A stretch of DNA of 64,000 nucleotides from an uncultured Oscillospiraceae bacterium (GCA_910588495.1 CAJUPU010000007.1:10871-74870), one strand, 5' to 3'. Positions 29,010 to 39,223 are shown, counted from the first letter of the stretch. The notes: generated by a model from the sequence alone, not told the origin. Numbers and translations are program-made.

Positions 29010-29786
29010 TCACTCGATTGCCACCGCCCGGCCGCCCATGGCGGAAAAGCTGTCCCAAAACAGGCTCTTGTCCATCTGGACGAAGCCGCTGATGGGGTCG
29101 CAGATCCGGTACTGCCCATCGGCCACCCCCGCCAGCACCACACAGTGCAGGTTGCGGTAGGGCCGGTACGCCCGCCCGTCCTCCAGCGTCCAGGAGGAGC
29201 CGCTGTACTGGGGCGCGGCGTAGCCCAGAGTCACCCACACCACCAGCGGGGTCCCCGCCTGGGCGTACCGGTCCAGCTCCACCCGGCTCAGCCCGGTCAG
29301 GTCCCTGGCCCGCAGGGAGCTCCCGCAGTGGTCCAGCCAGCCGTTGGCCGCCTGGACGATGGGCCCCTCAAAGCAGTACCAGCCCCCGGCGGGGTCGGCG
29401 GCGTCCCCCGCGTACCACTTCTCCGGGTCGGGGCCGTAGCGCACGCCGTCCATCTGGGAAAAATCCGCCTTGGGCAGATAGTCCCGGTACAGCTCCAGCT
29501 TGTCCGCCGGACAGCCCGCCGCCCCCAGCGCCATGGCCAGGCTGGTGACCTCGCAGCCGTTGGGCAGCTCCGGGTTCTGGGCGATCCACTCCACCGGGCG
29601 GCCGCCCTCCGGCGGGACGCCCAGGGCCGGAACGGTCCGCGCCAGCGCCGCGATCAGCACCGCCGCCGCGGCCGCCAGGATCTGCAGGCGGTAGCGCCGC
29701 CGCAGGGCCTGCCGCCGGGCGCTCTTCCGGGGCCTGGGCGCCGCCTGCGCGGGCAGGACCGCCATGGTCATGGTAGTGTTTTTCAT
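29010..29786 (-). CDS. Membrane-anchored C39-like cysteine peptidase (YvpB-like)
   Basis: QNPELPNGCEVTSLAM, LHCVVLAG and ICDP catalytic motifs. Confidence 0.82.
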   Translation of the reverse strand: MKNTTMTMAVLPAQAAPRPRKSARRQALRRRYRLQILAAAAAVLIAALARTVPALGVPPEGGRPVEWIAQNPELPNGCEVTSLAMALGAAGCPADKLELYRDYLPKADFSQMDGVRYGPDPEKWYAGDAADPAGGWYCFEGPIVQAANGWLDHCGSSLRARDLTGLSRVELDRYAQAGTPLVVWVTLGYAAPQYSGSSWTLEDGRAYRPYRNLHCVVLAGVADGQYRICDPISGFVQMDKSLFWDSFSAMGGRAVAIE

Positions 29787-29856
29787 AAAAAGTCCCCCTT
29801 TTCACGTTCTCCGGGCCGTTGTACCCATTGTCCGTCAAAGGGGGGCTCAAAGTCAC

Positions 29857-29884
29857 CAAGAAGCTGTATCGAACTTGTAAAGAT
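29857..29884 (-). promoter_or_regulatory. Putative response-regulator binding site (copy 1)
   Basis: CAAGAagctGTATCGAaCTTGTAAAGAT, matching 33056-33083. Confidence 0.6.
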
Positions 29885-30852
29885 CATTCGGCGATGCCCA
29901 GCCCGCCGTACCGCTCCAGCCGGATGTCGTAGTAGACGCCCATCGTGATGCCGATGTCGTTAGTGAACAGGACCACGATCTGGTCCTGGGCCGCAACGAG
30001 CTGGAGATCGCCGCTTCCGCCGTCCGCCCGGGCCAGCAGCTCTTTTGCCGGGGGCGGCTGGAAGGGGATCGCCCCGTCAAATGACTCCACCACCTGGCCC
30101 TCGGCGGCCTCCGCCAGGGGGGACTCCTGGTAATAGCTGTAGCTGATGCGGTCAAACGCTTGGACGAGCACGAATTCCATCCGCTGGTGTAGGGCGCCCT
30201 GGTTCAGCGCCAGGAAGCGTTTGTCGAACTCCTGCAAAAAGGCGGCCATATCGTTGGTGAAGTCCCGGTCCGGCCGGAGGAGATTCCACAGCATCCCCGC
30301 CAGATCCTCCTCCACCTTGTCCAGCGCCGCCTGCCGCTGCTCCTCGGAGGGCTCCGCCCCCTCCCGGGGCGTCATGAGCCAGCTGATGGACTGGGGGCCG
30401 GAAAAACTCAGGGCGTAGTGGAGAGATACGGGAGTTCCGTCCTCCAGGGCGGCGGGGAAGTCCTTCAAAAACACCATGTCGGCGGTCTTGATCTCGCTCT
30501 GGTTCCACGTCATGCTCCGCAGCAGCAGATCGAGGTCGAATTCCGCCCCCAGCGCGTCCGTGGCGGCCACGCAGGACATCGTCGCATCCTGCACGGAATG
30601 GACGATATCGTAGGAGACATTTTTCACCACCTCCTCCCCCATGGGGACCAGGGTCTGCATATCGTACATGGACCAGGGGTAGAACAGGGCCTGCTCCGCC
30701 GTCCGGCCCAGCACGGAGGGGACGCTCACCACCCCGGCGCTCACCACCTCCCCGGTCCGGGGGGCGGCCACCGTCCGGGCGGCGAGTCCGGCCGCCAGCG
30801 CCCCCGCCAGCAGGATCGCCAGGGCGGACAGGATGAATCTAAGATCTCGCAT
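29884..30852 (-). CDS. Hypothetical exported/membrane-anchored protein in the two-component operon
   Basis: 322-aa ORF with an N-terminal hydrophobic helix and GGAGGAG RBS; overlaps the kinase end. Confidence 0.7.
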   Translation of the reverse strand: MRDLRFILSALAILLAGALAAGLAARTVAAPRTGEVVSAGVVSVPSVLGRTAEQALFYPWSMYDMQTLVPMGEEVVKNVSYDIVHSVQDATMSCVAATDALGAEFDLDLLLRSMTWNQSEIKTADMVFLKDFPAALEDGTPVSLHYALSFSGPQSISWLMTPREGAEPSEEQRQAALDKVEEDLAGMLWNLLRPDRDFTNDMAAFLQEFDKRFLALNQGALHQRMEFVLVQAFDRISYSYYQESPLAEAAEGQVVESFDGAIPFQPPPAKELLARADGGSGDLQLVAAQDQIVVLFTNDIGITMGVYYDIRLERYGGLGIAE

Positions 30853-32305
30853 GGCTCTCCTCCTCCTGTTTGCTCAGTGGGAAGCGCAGGGTGACCAGGG
30901 TGCCCTCCCCCAGCCGGCTGTCCAGCTCCATGGTCCCGCCGTGGACGGACACGATCTCCCGGCACAGGGCCAGCCCCAGTCCCGCGCCCCCGGCCTTGCG
31001 GCTGCGGCTCTTGTCCACCATGTAGAAGGGCTGGCACACCTTGTCCAGCTCCTCCCTCGGGATGCCCCGGCCCTGGTCCTGGATGAGGATCTCCGCCCCG
31101 CCCTCCCGCTCCCGGGCGGTGAGGGCCATGGCCCCGCCCCGGCAGCTGGCCTTCCGGCCGTTGTCCAGCAGGTTGTAGAGCAGGGACTTGAACAGCTCCC
31201 GGTCCATGTCCAGGGTCAGCCCGGCGCAGTGGTAGGTGAGGGTGAGCTCGCTCTGGGCCATGACGGGGCGCAAGGCCAGCTCCACCTCCGCCACCACGTC
31301 CCGGAGGGAGGCGGGGGCCAGCTCCAGCTGGGCGCTGCCCAGGGTGATCAGCTCCAGCAGCTTGCCCGACAGGGCGCGCAGCCGCTTGGCCTCCTGGGAG
31401 ATCACCTGGGCGTACTCCACCCGCTGCTCCCCGGGCACCTCGGCGGGGAGGTAGAGCAGGTCGGCGAAGCCCAGAATGCTGGTCAGCGGCGTTTTCATCT
31501 CGTGGGCCAGGTTGCCGATGAACACCCGGCGGTCCTCCGCCACCCGCTCCAGCTGCTCCACCCGCTGCTGAACGGCGGCGGCCATGGCGTTCATGTCCTG
31601 GGCCAGCCCGGCCAGCTCGTCATGGCCCCGCACCGCCAGCCGCTCATCGTACCGCCCTCCGGCCACCCGCCGGGCGCTCTCGTCCAAGGCCGCCAGCGGC
31701 CGCAGCAGCAGCCACACCAGGGCCAGCAGCGCCGCCGCCCCGGCCAGGCTCAGCCCCAGGCACAGCCCCACCGTGCCGGACGCCTCCCGGTCCAGCCGGG
31801 CCTGAAGGCCGCTGACATCGTAGGCGGCGCACAGGCGGTAGGGCCGGGACTCCAGCGCCACCGGCATGGCGCACAGCAGAAACCACTCCCCCTCCTGCCC
31901 GCCGGGGCACAGCTGGTAGACGGTGGCGCCGGGCTCCCCCTCCAGCGGGACGGGGAGCCGCCCCAGCAAGTCCTCCACCAGTCGGGACCAGAAGGGGAAG
32001 CGCCCCTCTTCATCCAGCAGCGCCAGCCCGGCCAGATAGCTGTCCGTCCCCTGCTGGCCCAGGGTCTGCCGGGCGGCCTGCTCCGCCTCCCCGGCGCTGA
32101 GCTGGATGGCCCCCTGCTGGAGGCGGTGGCTCACCACCCCCGCCCGGAGCATCCCGGCCAGGTATTGCAGCTGGGTCACCGCCCGCTGGCCCTCCCGCTC
32201 CCACAGGGCGTCCCGGCTGGCGCGCAGCAGCAAGATGGAGGCCAGGGCGGTGGACAGCACCAGCAGGGCCAGGGTGGGCAGGACGATCTTCTGCCACAGC
32301 CTCAT
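30839..32305 (-). CDS. HAMP-domain sensor histidine kinase
   Basis: AHEMKTPLTSI, NLLDNG, DQGRGI, FYMVDKSRS and GLGL. Confidence 0.93.
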   Translation of the reverse strand: MRLWQKIVLPTLALLVLSTALASILLLRASRDALWEREGQRAVTQLQYLAGMLRAGVVSHRLQQGAIQLSAGEAEQAARQTLGQQGTDSYLAGLALLDEEGRFPFWSRLVEDLLGRLPVPLEGEPGATVYQLCPGGQEGEWFLLCAMPVALESRPYRLCAAYDVSGLQARLDREASGTVGLCLGLSLAGAAALLALVWLLLRPLAALDESARRVAGGRYDERLAVRGHDELAGLAQDMNAMAAAVQQRVEQLERVAEDRRVFIGNLAHEMKTPLTSILGFADLLYLPAEVPGEQRVEYAQVISQEAKRLRALSGKLLELITLGSAQLELAPASLRDVVAEVELALRPVMAQSELTLTYHCAGLTLDMDRELFKSLLYNLLDNGRKASCRGGAMALTAREREGGAEILIQDQGRGIPREELDKVCQPFYMVDKSRSRKAGGAGLGLALCREIVSVHGGTMELDSRLGEGTLVTLRFPLSKQEEESHARS

Positions 32306-32961
32306 GGCAGCTTCTCCAGCCGGTAGCCGATCCGGGGCAGGGTGACCAGGCGGTCGGCCAGCTCCAGCTTCTGGCGCAGGCGCTGCACGTGGATGTCCAC
32401 GGTGCGGCTCTCCCCGGCGAACTCATAGCCCCACACCATGGCCAGCAGCTTCTCCCGGCCCAGGGCCAGGTTCTGGTTCTGCAAAAACACCCGTAGCAGC
32501 TCGAACTCCTTGGGGGACAGGGGGACCGCCTCCCCCCGGAGGGTGACGGTGTGGCTGTCCAGGTCCTGCCGGATGGGGCCGTAGCGCAAAAGGGCCTGCC
32601 CCCGGCCCCGGCGGCGGAGCACCACCTCGATCCGGGCCAGCAGCTCCAGCGGCTCGAAGGGCTTGGCGATGTAGTCCTCCGCCCCCAGCCGCAGCCCCCG
32701 GACCTTGTCCTCCACCTGCTGCATGGCGGACAGGAAGATCACCGGCACCGCCTGGGCGTTCAGCCGCTCCATGACGGAAAAGCCGTCCAGCCCGGGCAGC
32801 AGCACGTCCAGCAGCACCAGGTCGAAGCGGCCGCTCTCGATGGACTCCACCGCCTGGGCCCCGTCGGGGCACCAGCTGCCGGTGTGGCCCCCCAGGGTGA
32901 GGGTGGCGTCGATCATCCGGGCGATGTTCTCCTCGTCCTCCACGATGAGGATATGGGCCAT
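32302..32961 (-). CDS. OmpR-family response regulator
   Basis: ILIVEDE, LLDVLLP, KPF, RTVDIHVQRLRQKL and RIGYRL. Confidence 0.95.
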   Translation of the reverse strand: MAHILIVEDEENIARMIDATLTLGGHTGSWCPDGAQAVESIESGRFDLVLLDVLLPGLDGFSVMERLNAQAVPVIFLSAMQQVEDKVRGLRLGAEDYIAKPFEPLELLARIEVVLRRRGRGQALLRYGPIRQDLDSHTVTLRGEAVPLSPKEFELLRVFLQNQNLALGREKLLAMVWGYEFAGESRTVDIHVQRLRQKLELADRLVTLPRIGYRLEKLP

Positions 32962-33055
32962 GGGGATCCCTCCTTGTGGTCATATGCCATAGGCGCCCGC
33001 CGCGCTGCCCGCGGTGGACGCCTATATCCTATCATCCCGCCGGTATCGATGTCAG

Positions 33056-33083
33056 CAAGAGATCGTATCGATCTTGTAAAGAT
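33056..33083 (-). promoter_or_regulatory. Putative response-regulator binding site (copy 2, autoregulation)
   Basis: CAAGAgatcGTATCGAtCTTGTAAAGAT upstream of the extended -10 TGaTAGGAT. Confidence 0.6.
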
Positions 33084-33086
33084 GGG

Positions 33087-34238
33087 TCACCGGGAGAACA
33101 GCGCCGCCGTCTGCGCCATCCGCCGGACCACCTCCACCCCGAAGGGGCACCGGCTCTCGCAGGCCCCGCAGCCCACGCACTCCCCGGCGTGGTGGTCCAG
33201 GGCCAGATAGTGGGCCCGCACCGAGGCGGGGACCTGGGCCTGCATGGAGGCCAGGTCGTAGTACTTGTTGACCATGGCGATGTCGATATGGGCGGGACAG
33301 GGCTTGCAGTGGCCGCAATAGGTGCACTCCCCCCGGCCGAAGGTGTGCTTCGGGGCGCTGGAGAGCACCCCCGCGTAGTCCTTTTCCTCCTCCGGCGCCG
33401 TCTCATAGGCCGCGGCCTGGTCCACATGCTCCGGGGTGTCGTACCCCGCCATCACCGCCGCCACCCCGGGCCGGGTGAGGCAGTAGTGCAGGCACTGCAC
33501 CGGCGTCAGCGCCACCCCGAAGGGGGAGCGCCGCTCGTCGAACAGCCGCCCCCCGGCATAGGGCTTCATCACGGTGATGCCCACGTCCCGGGCCTCGCAC
33601 AGCCGGTAGAGCTCCGCCCTCTGGGGGTCGATGCCCCCCAGGTCCGCCCGGTAGTTGTCCCAGTCGAAATAGGTGTCCAGGTCGTCGGTGGCGGGGTGCA
33701 TGTCGAAGGCGGGGTTGACGCTGAACAAGATCATCTCCACCAGGCCGCCCTCCACCGCCTTTCTGGCCATGGCCGGGTTGTGGGTGCTCATGCCGATGTG
33801 CCGGATGGCGCCCTGAGCCCTCAGCCCCTCCACATAGTCCAGGTACGGCCCGGCCATGGCCGCGTCCCAGTCGGCCTGGGTGTCCACGAAATGGATCATG
33901 CCCAGATCGATGTAGTCCGTTTGGAGCCGGGCCAGCAGGTCCTCGAAAGCCGCGCGGCATTTGTCCACATCCCGGGTGCGGACATACTGCCCGTCCTGCC
34001 AGGTGGAGCCGATGTGCCCCTGGATGTACCAGCGCTCCCGCCGCCCGGCCAGGGCCTGTCCCAGGCTGTCCCGCACCCTGGGGTCGGACATCCAGCAGTC
34101 CAGGATGTTCATCCCGTGTCCCTCGGCCCGGTCCAGCACCGCCCTGCACTCCTCCGGGCTGTGGCGCTCCATCCACTCCGCGCCGAAGCCGATCTCGCTG
34201 ACCATCAGGCCCGTCTTTCCCAATCTGCGGTATCTCAT
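33087..34238 (-). CDS. Aldo/keto reductase with C-terminal 4Fe-4S dicluster
   Basis: YRRLGKTGLMVSEIGFG, LQTDYIDL, CTYCGHCKPCP and CVGCGACESRCP. Confidence 0.92.
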   Translation of the reverse strand: MRYRRLGKTGLMVSEIGFGAEWMERHSPEECRAVLDRAEGHGMNILDCWMSDPRVRDSLGQALAGRRERWYIQGHIGSTWQDGQYVRTRDVDKCRAAFEDLLARLQTDYIDLGMIHFVDTQADWDAAMAGPYLDYVEGLRAQGAIRHIGMSTHNPAMARKAVEGGLVEMILFSVNPAFDMHPATDDLDTYFDWDNYRADLGGIDPQRAELYRLCEARDVGITVMKPYAGGRLFDERRSPFGVALTPVQCLHYCLTRPGVAAVMAGYDTPEHVDQAAAYETAPEEEKDYAGVLSSAPKHTFGRGECTYCGHCKPCPAHIDIAMVNKYYDLASMQAQVPASVRAHYLALDHHAGECVGCGACESRCPFGVEVVRRMAQTAALFSR

Positions 34239-34323
34239 GATGCACCTCCTGCGTTTTTTCATCCGCACCGACTATACCATAACGGCCGGGAAATGTCCAG
34301 CGGGCGCGGGAGCCTCCAGTTTT

Positions 34324-34372
34324 CGGCATATGCCGGAAAAATAGTTGACATATGCCGGGATCGTGGTATGAT
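34324..34372 (+). promoter_or_regulatory. sigmaA promoter with tandem CATATG-centred operators
   Basis: CGGCATATGCCG (34324-34335) and TGACATATGCCG (34346-34357), overlapping TTGACA-16-TATGAT. Confidence 0.7.
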
Positions 34373-34408
34373 GGACCTGTCATCCTGTGTCGAAAGGAGG
34401 GCCCGGCC

Positions 34409-35164
34409 GTGTCCAGACCAAAAAAGTGCAGGAGGGTGTGTCACTTTCCGGACACCCTGGAATTCGCCCCCGCCGATGGCCGCTCCCAGGCCCCGCCGGT
34501 GGTGCTGACGGTGGACGAGTACGAGACTGTCCGCCTGATCGACCGGGAGGGGCTGTCCCAGGAGCAGTGCAGCCGCCGGATGGGGGTGGCCCGGACCACC
34601 GTCCAGCAGATCTACGCCGGGGCCAGGGAGAAGCTGGCCCGGTTTTTGGTGGACGGCCTTCCCCTGCGGATCGAGGGGGGCGACTTCCGGCTGTGCGGCG
34701 GCGAGGGACAGGAGTGCGGCGGCTGCTTCAAGCGGCGCTATCATCAACAATACGCAAGAGCGAAAGGAGAACACATCATGCGGATCGCGGTGACTTACGA
34801 GGACGGCCAGATCTTTCAGCATTTCGGCCACACCCAGCAGTTCAAGCTCTATGACGTGGAGGAGGGAAAGATCGTCTCCTCCCAGGTGGTGGACACCAAC
34901 GGCAGCGGCCACGGAGCGCTGGCGGGGGTGCTGGGCGCGCTGAACGCCGACGCGCTGATCTGCGGCGGCATCGGCGGCGCACAGGCGGCGCTGGCGGCGG
35001 CGGGCATCCGGCTGTACGGCGGGGTGTCCGGCAGCGCCGACCAGGCGGCCCAGGCCCTGGCGGCCGGTGCGCTGGACTACGACCCCCAGGTCAAATGCAG
35101 CCACCACGGGGAGCACCATCATGAGGGGAGCTGCGGCCACCACGGCTGCGGGGGCGGGTGCTGA
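34409..35164 (+). CDS. DUF134 HTH protein fused in frame to a NifB/NifX-like (FeMo-cofactor-binding family) domain
   Basis: SRPKKCRRV...DEYETVRLID...MGVARTTVQ, then MRIAV...IFQHFGH...LICGGIG and a His/Gly/Cys tail. Confidence 0.85.
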   Translation: MSRPKKCRRVCHFPDTLEFAPADGRSQAPPVVLTVDEYETVRLIDREGLSQEQCSRRMGVARTTVQQIYAGAREKLARFLVDGLPLRIEGGDFRLCGGEGQECGGCFKRRYHQQYARAKGEHIMRIAVTYEDGQIFQHFGHTQQFKLYDVEEGKIVSSQVVDTNGSGHGALAGVLGALNADALICGGIGGAQAALAAAGIRLYGGVSGSADQAAQALAAGALDYDPQVKCSHHGEHHHEGSCGHHGCGGGC

Positions 35165-35214
35165 ACGGCCCGCCCTGGACCGGCCCCTGGCCAACTGCCG
35201 CAGAGAACGGTCCG

Positions 35215-35260
35215 TCCGTCAAAAAAAGTCTGCCTAGCTGGGCAGACTTTTTTTGACGGA
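35215..35260. terminator. Bidirectional terminator / REP-like palindrome
   Basis: TCCGTCAAAAAAAGTCTGCC-TAGCTG-GGCAGACTTTTTTTGACGGA. Confidence 0.8.
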
Positions 35261-35264
35261 TCTA

Positions 35265-37742
35265 TCAGGAGATCAGATCCAGCCGGGGCACCAGCAGCGC
35301 TTTGTCCAGCGGATAGACCTCCACCAGCAGCTTGGCGATGGCCGCCCGGTCGATGTTGGCCCCGGGCTCCAAATAGCCGTTGCTCCCCCCCACGATGCCC
35401 AGGCCCACCAGGGTCTGGACGTGGGGCGAGGCCCAGTCGCTCACGGAGGAGGCGTCGGGGAAGGCGGACAGGTCGGCGCTCTGGGACGCCGCCAGCACCC
35501 GGCCCAGGAAGGTCATGGTCTCCTCCCGGGTGACGTAGCTGTCCACGTCGGCGTACAGCTTGCCGTCCCGCTCGCTGCCCTTGAGCACCCCCAGGGTGTA
35601 CATGGCCTGGACATAGAGCTGGGCCCAGTTGGGGATAGAGGTATTGTCGGCGAAGGGGGTCTCCACCGTGTAATAGGCGGTCTCGTCCACCCCCAGCACC
35701 CGGGTGAGGAAGGCCAGCAGCTCCGCCCGGGTCAGGGGGTTGTCGGGCAGGTAGACGGCGGTGCCGTCCTCCTGGCCGTAGCCGGTGGTCAGGCCCAGCT
35801 GGTACATCTGGACGATGTAGTCCTCGCTCCAGTGGCCGGAGATGTCGGTGAAGGGGACCTCGCTGCTCACCGTCACGGGGATGGTGACGGACCGGCCGCC
35901 GGCGGACACGGTGACGCTGCCCTGGGCGGAGCGCCTGCCCGCGGTGAAGCGCCCGGCGGCGTCGATGGTCCCCACCGCCTCATCGGCAGTCCAGGTCAGG
36001 TCCTCCTCCCCCATGGCCACCGACAGGTTCCACCAGGAGCCCTTGGCGGTCAGGTCCACCCCGTCTCCCGGCTCCAGGTTCAGCGCGGTGACCCGAGCAC
36101 CGTTGTCCTTCCGGATCACGGTGAGGGCGGACAGCTCATCCACCACCTCCACCGTCAGAGCGCCGGTCTGGCCCGCGGAGATGGTGTAGGTGCCGGGGGT
36201 GGCCCCGGCGGTGTACACGCCGCCCACCACCGAGCCGCCGGTGGCGGTGAGATCCACATAGGTCTGGCCGGTGGGCCGTCCGGCGCTGTCATACCCTCCG
36301 GCGGTGACGGGGAGCTTGGAGCCCGCCAGCACCACCCGCTGCTGGGCGGTGACGTAGGCGCCGGGGGTGAGGATGTCCGCCCCGGCCGGGCTCACCAGGG
36401 CGATGGTGTTGTTGATCTTCCGCCCGGCGGTGGAGGGCTGGTTCACCACCGAGAAGCCGGTGCTGCCCGGCAGGGTGGCCCCCAGGGTGGTGGAGCCGCC
36501 GCCGTCCAGGGCCACGGCGGACACGCAGCCCAGCTCCTGGAGGCGCTCGGCCACCTGGGCGTAGGTGGCCCCCACGGAATAGCCGCTCTGGCGGCCGTCG
36601 ATGGTGTAGAAGATGGCGGTGCCGTCCGCCTTCACCCCCACGGCGGTGTAGGGATTGGGGGTGGCGGGCAGGCCGGACACGATCTGGCCGTTTCTCAGCA
36701 GGGAGTACATGCCGCTGACGCCGTAGGCGGCGTTATTCCACTGCTCCCCGGCCCCGCCGATGGTCAGGGTGACCCGGCTGCCCGCCTGCATCCCCCGCAG
36801 GGCGGCCAGCAGCTCCGGGTTGCCGCGGTCCTCGCCGTAGAGCATATAGCAGCCCTCGGGAATATTGCCGTCGAAGGCGGCGCCCTCCTGGGCGGTGTCG
36901 GTGACGGACACCACCTCAAAGGCATATGTACCGCTCAGCTTCAGGCCCTCCGGGCTCAGGGGCCGCAGGATGGCGGACACGCTGGTCCCGTGGCTGGACA
37001 CCCGGGAGGAGAAGTCCTTGTTGTAGAGGTACAGCCCGCCCAGGTGATTGGCGTTGCGGTAGGCGTTGAAGCCGGCCACGGGGAAGGTGCGCTCCACGGT
37101 GACCGGCACCGGGTCGGGAGTTGGGATGGGCGCCGGGTCCAGGCTCCCGGGGTCGGAGGTGGCGGAGGGATCCGGGGACACCGCAGGGTCCTGCCCCGGT
37201 CCAGGGGTGGCGGCGGGGTCGGGCTGGGGATCGGGATAGACATATTCCACCGCCGTCCAGGAGGCGGACATGGAGGGCCTGCTCTCGTCGATGAACACCT
37301 TGCCGTCGTTGGTGAAGCCCAGCAGGACGTAATTCTCCACGTCCAGGGAGCGCAGCACCCCGTCGGTCATCAGCATCCCCACGATGGTGCCGTCGGTGTT
37401 GAAAAAGCCGCCGTTGACGGCCGCGGCCACCCGCAGGCCCTGGCTCTCCAGCTGGGCGGCGGCGGACTGCACCGTGTTGGTGCTGGCCACGTATGTACCG
37501 CTGAACACCACCGGCTTCACGGTGGAGTTGGGAGAATAGGTCACATAGTGCTCGGTGCGCAGATCGCTCTTGGAGGCCGACCACAGGCTCTGGGCGGTGA
37601 GCTCCGTGCCCGTGCCCAGCGGAGTGGTCTGGGCCGACAGCTCGGTGCCCAGGGCGTAGGACGCCAGAGCGGGCTGGGCCAGGGAGAGGGCCAGCGCGGC
37701 GGTCAGGGCCAGCGCGGCGCACCGTTTTTTGATGTTTTTCAT
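35265..37742 (-). CDS. Secreted phosphodiester glycosidase (NAGPA/DUF2233) family protein with Ig-like and SLH domains
   Basis: Signal peptide; AAVNGGFF, PYTAVG, IDGRQ and ALDGGGST motifs; three SLH-like repeats (FTDISGHW, LTRAE, VTREE). Confidence 0.85.
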   Translation of the reverse strand: MKNIKKRCAALALTAALALSLAQPALASYALGTELSAQTTPLGTGTELTAQSLWSASKSDLRTEHYVTYSPNSTVKPVVFSGTYVASTNTVQSAAAQLESQGLRVAAAVNGGFFNTDGTIVGMLMTDGVLRSLDVENYVLLGFTNDGKVFIDESRPSMSASWTAVEYVYPDPQPDPAATPGPGQDPAVSPDPSATSDPGSLDPAPIPTPDPVPVTVERTFPVAGFNAYRNANHLGGLYLYNKDFSSRVSSHGTSVSAILRPLSPEGLKLSGTYAFEVVSVTDTAQEGAAFDGNIPEGCYMLYGEDRGNPELLAALRGMQAGSRVTLTIGGAGEQWNNAAYGVSGMYSLLRNGQIVSGLPATPNPYTAVGVKADGTAIFYTIDGRQSGYSVGATYAQVAERLQELGCVSAVALDGGGSTTLGATLPGSTGFSVVNQPSTAGRKINNTIALVSPAGADILTPGAYVTAQQRVVLAGSKLPVTAGGYDSAGRPTGQTYVDLTATGGSVVGGVYTAGATPGTYTISAGQTGALTVEVVDELSALTVIRKDNGARVTALNLEPGDGVDLTAKGSWWNLSVAMGEEDLTWTADEAVGTIDAAGRFTAGRRSAQGSVTVSAGGRSVTIPVTVSSEVPFTDISGHWSEDYIVQMYQLGLTTGYGQEDGTAVYLPDNPLTRAELLAFLTRVLGVDETAYYTVETPFADNTSIPNWAQLYVQAMYTLGVLKGSERDGKLYADVDSYVTREETMTFLGRVLAASQSADLSAFPDASSVSDWASPHVQTLVGLGIVGGSNGYLEPGANIDRAAIAKLLVEVYPLDKALLVPRLDLIS

Positions 37743-37890
37743 AGGTCCCTCCTGTTGTCGCGTGGGGGACGGCGTCCCCCGGGGTTTCCGGCGTAAAAAA
37801 GCAGATTATATGGTATCACAGATACTTCCATTTGTAAACGGAATATATTGGGAGCGCAGGGGACGGCAAAGGGACGGCCAAAGCCGCCCC

Positions 37891-39099
37891 TCACCCTTGC
37901 TCCTTTTTGGGCAGGCGCCCGCCCCGGATCAGCTCCAGGGTGTCCGCCAGGGTCTCCACCTCCTGCACCTCCATCAGCTCGCCGATCAGCCGGTTGGATA
38001 GCAGGAAGCCCTCCGGGGTAAAATGCCACCGGCGGCCCGTCCGCGCCGCCCAGCCCTTCTGCTCGAATTCGGACAGCTTGGCCGCGATGGGGTCGAAGTT
38101 CATATAGTACTCCCGGCGGTACTCCCACTCCTCGATGCCGTGGGTGGTGCGCAGCCGGAGCATGAGGTATTCGTTGCCCCGCTCCCGGCGGGGGATCTCG
38201 TCCATCTCGTCCACCAGCCTGCCGTCCCCCGTCGCCCCCCGGATGTAGCTCTCCAGGTCCCGGACGAAGGAGTAGCGGCAGCCGCCGAAGTCGGAGTGAG
38301 CCGCCGCCCCCAGCCCCACATAGGGCCGCCCCATCCAGTACTTCAGGTTGTGGCGGGACTGGCATCCCGTTTTGGAGAAGTTGGAGATCTCATACTGCTC
38401 GAAGCCCGCCTGGGCCAGCCGGCGCACCGTCCAGAGATAGCGCTGGGCCTGCTCGTCGTCATCGGGGAGCCCCTCCCCCTCCGCCACCCGCCGGGCCAGG
38501 GGGGTGCCCTCCTCCACCGTCAGGCCGTAGCAGGACAGGTGCTCCGGCTCCAGGGCCAGCGCCGCCTCCACCGATGTGCGCCAGCTCCGGTCCGTCTGGC
38601 CGGGCAGGCCGTAGATCAGATCCAGGTTCAGGTTGCGGATCTTGGCGTTCCGGGCGGCTTTCACGGCCTGCTCCACCTGCTTGAAGGTGTGGGGACGGTG
38701 GACAGCGGCCAGTTCCCTGTCGCAGGCGGACTGCATCCCCATGGACAGCCGGTTCACCCCCGCCCGGCGCAGCCGCCTGAGCATCTTCTCGTCCACGCTG
38801 TCCGGGTTGGCCTCCAGGGTGAACTCCACGTCTTTCGACAGGGTGAAGCGCTTCTTCACCGCGCCGATCAGCTCGAGCAGCCGCTTCTCCCCGTACCAGG
38901 TGGGGGTGCCGCCGCCGATGTAGACGCTGTTCACCACCTGCTTCTTGGCCCGGGGGGCGGTGTCCAGGATCTGCTGGAGCAGCGCCCTCTGGTAGTCGTC
39001 CATCCGGTCATCCTGACCCGCCAGAGAATAAAAATCGCAGTAGTCGCATTTGCTCCGGCAGAACGGGATGTGCAGATACAGGCCCAACGAGTTTTCCAT
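37891..39099 (-). CDS. hemW: Radical SAM heme chaperone HemW (HemN-like)
   Basis: LYLHIPFCRSKCDYCDF, GGGTP and YEISNF...HNLKYW. Confidence 0.92.
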   Translation of the reverse strand: MENSLGLYLHIPFCRSKCDYCDFYSLAGQDDRMDDYQRALLQQILDTAPRAKKQVVNSVYIGGGTPTWYGEKRLLELIGAVKKRFTLSKDVEFTLEANPDSVDEKMLRRLRRAGVNRLSMGMQSACDRELAAVHRPHTFKQVEQAVKAARNAKIRNLNLDLIYGLPGQTDRSWRTSVEAALALEPEHLSCYGLTVEEGTPLARRVAEGEGLPDDDEQAQRYLWTVRRLAQAGFEQYEISNFSKTGCQSRHNLKYWMGRPYVGLGAAAHSDFGGCRYSFVRDLESYIRGATGDGRLVDEMDEIPRRERGNEYLMLRLRTTHGIEEWEYRREYYMNFDPIAAKLSEFEQKGWAARTGRRWHFTPEGFLLSNRLIGELMEVQEVETLADTLELIRGGRLPKKEQG

Positions 39100-39223
39100 G
39101 GTCGTCCCCCTCAAGGGCGGCGCCGGGCGGCGCGTTTCCCTCAATATCAAGAGGTATTATACTCCGTTTTCCCGCAAGATTCAATCCCCCTTGTTTCGAC
39201 GGGAAGAAAAGTAATTTTTTGCT

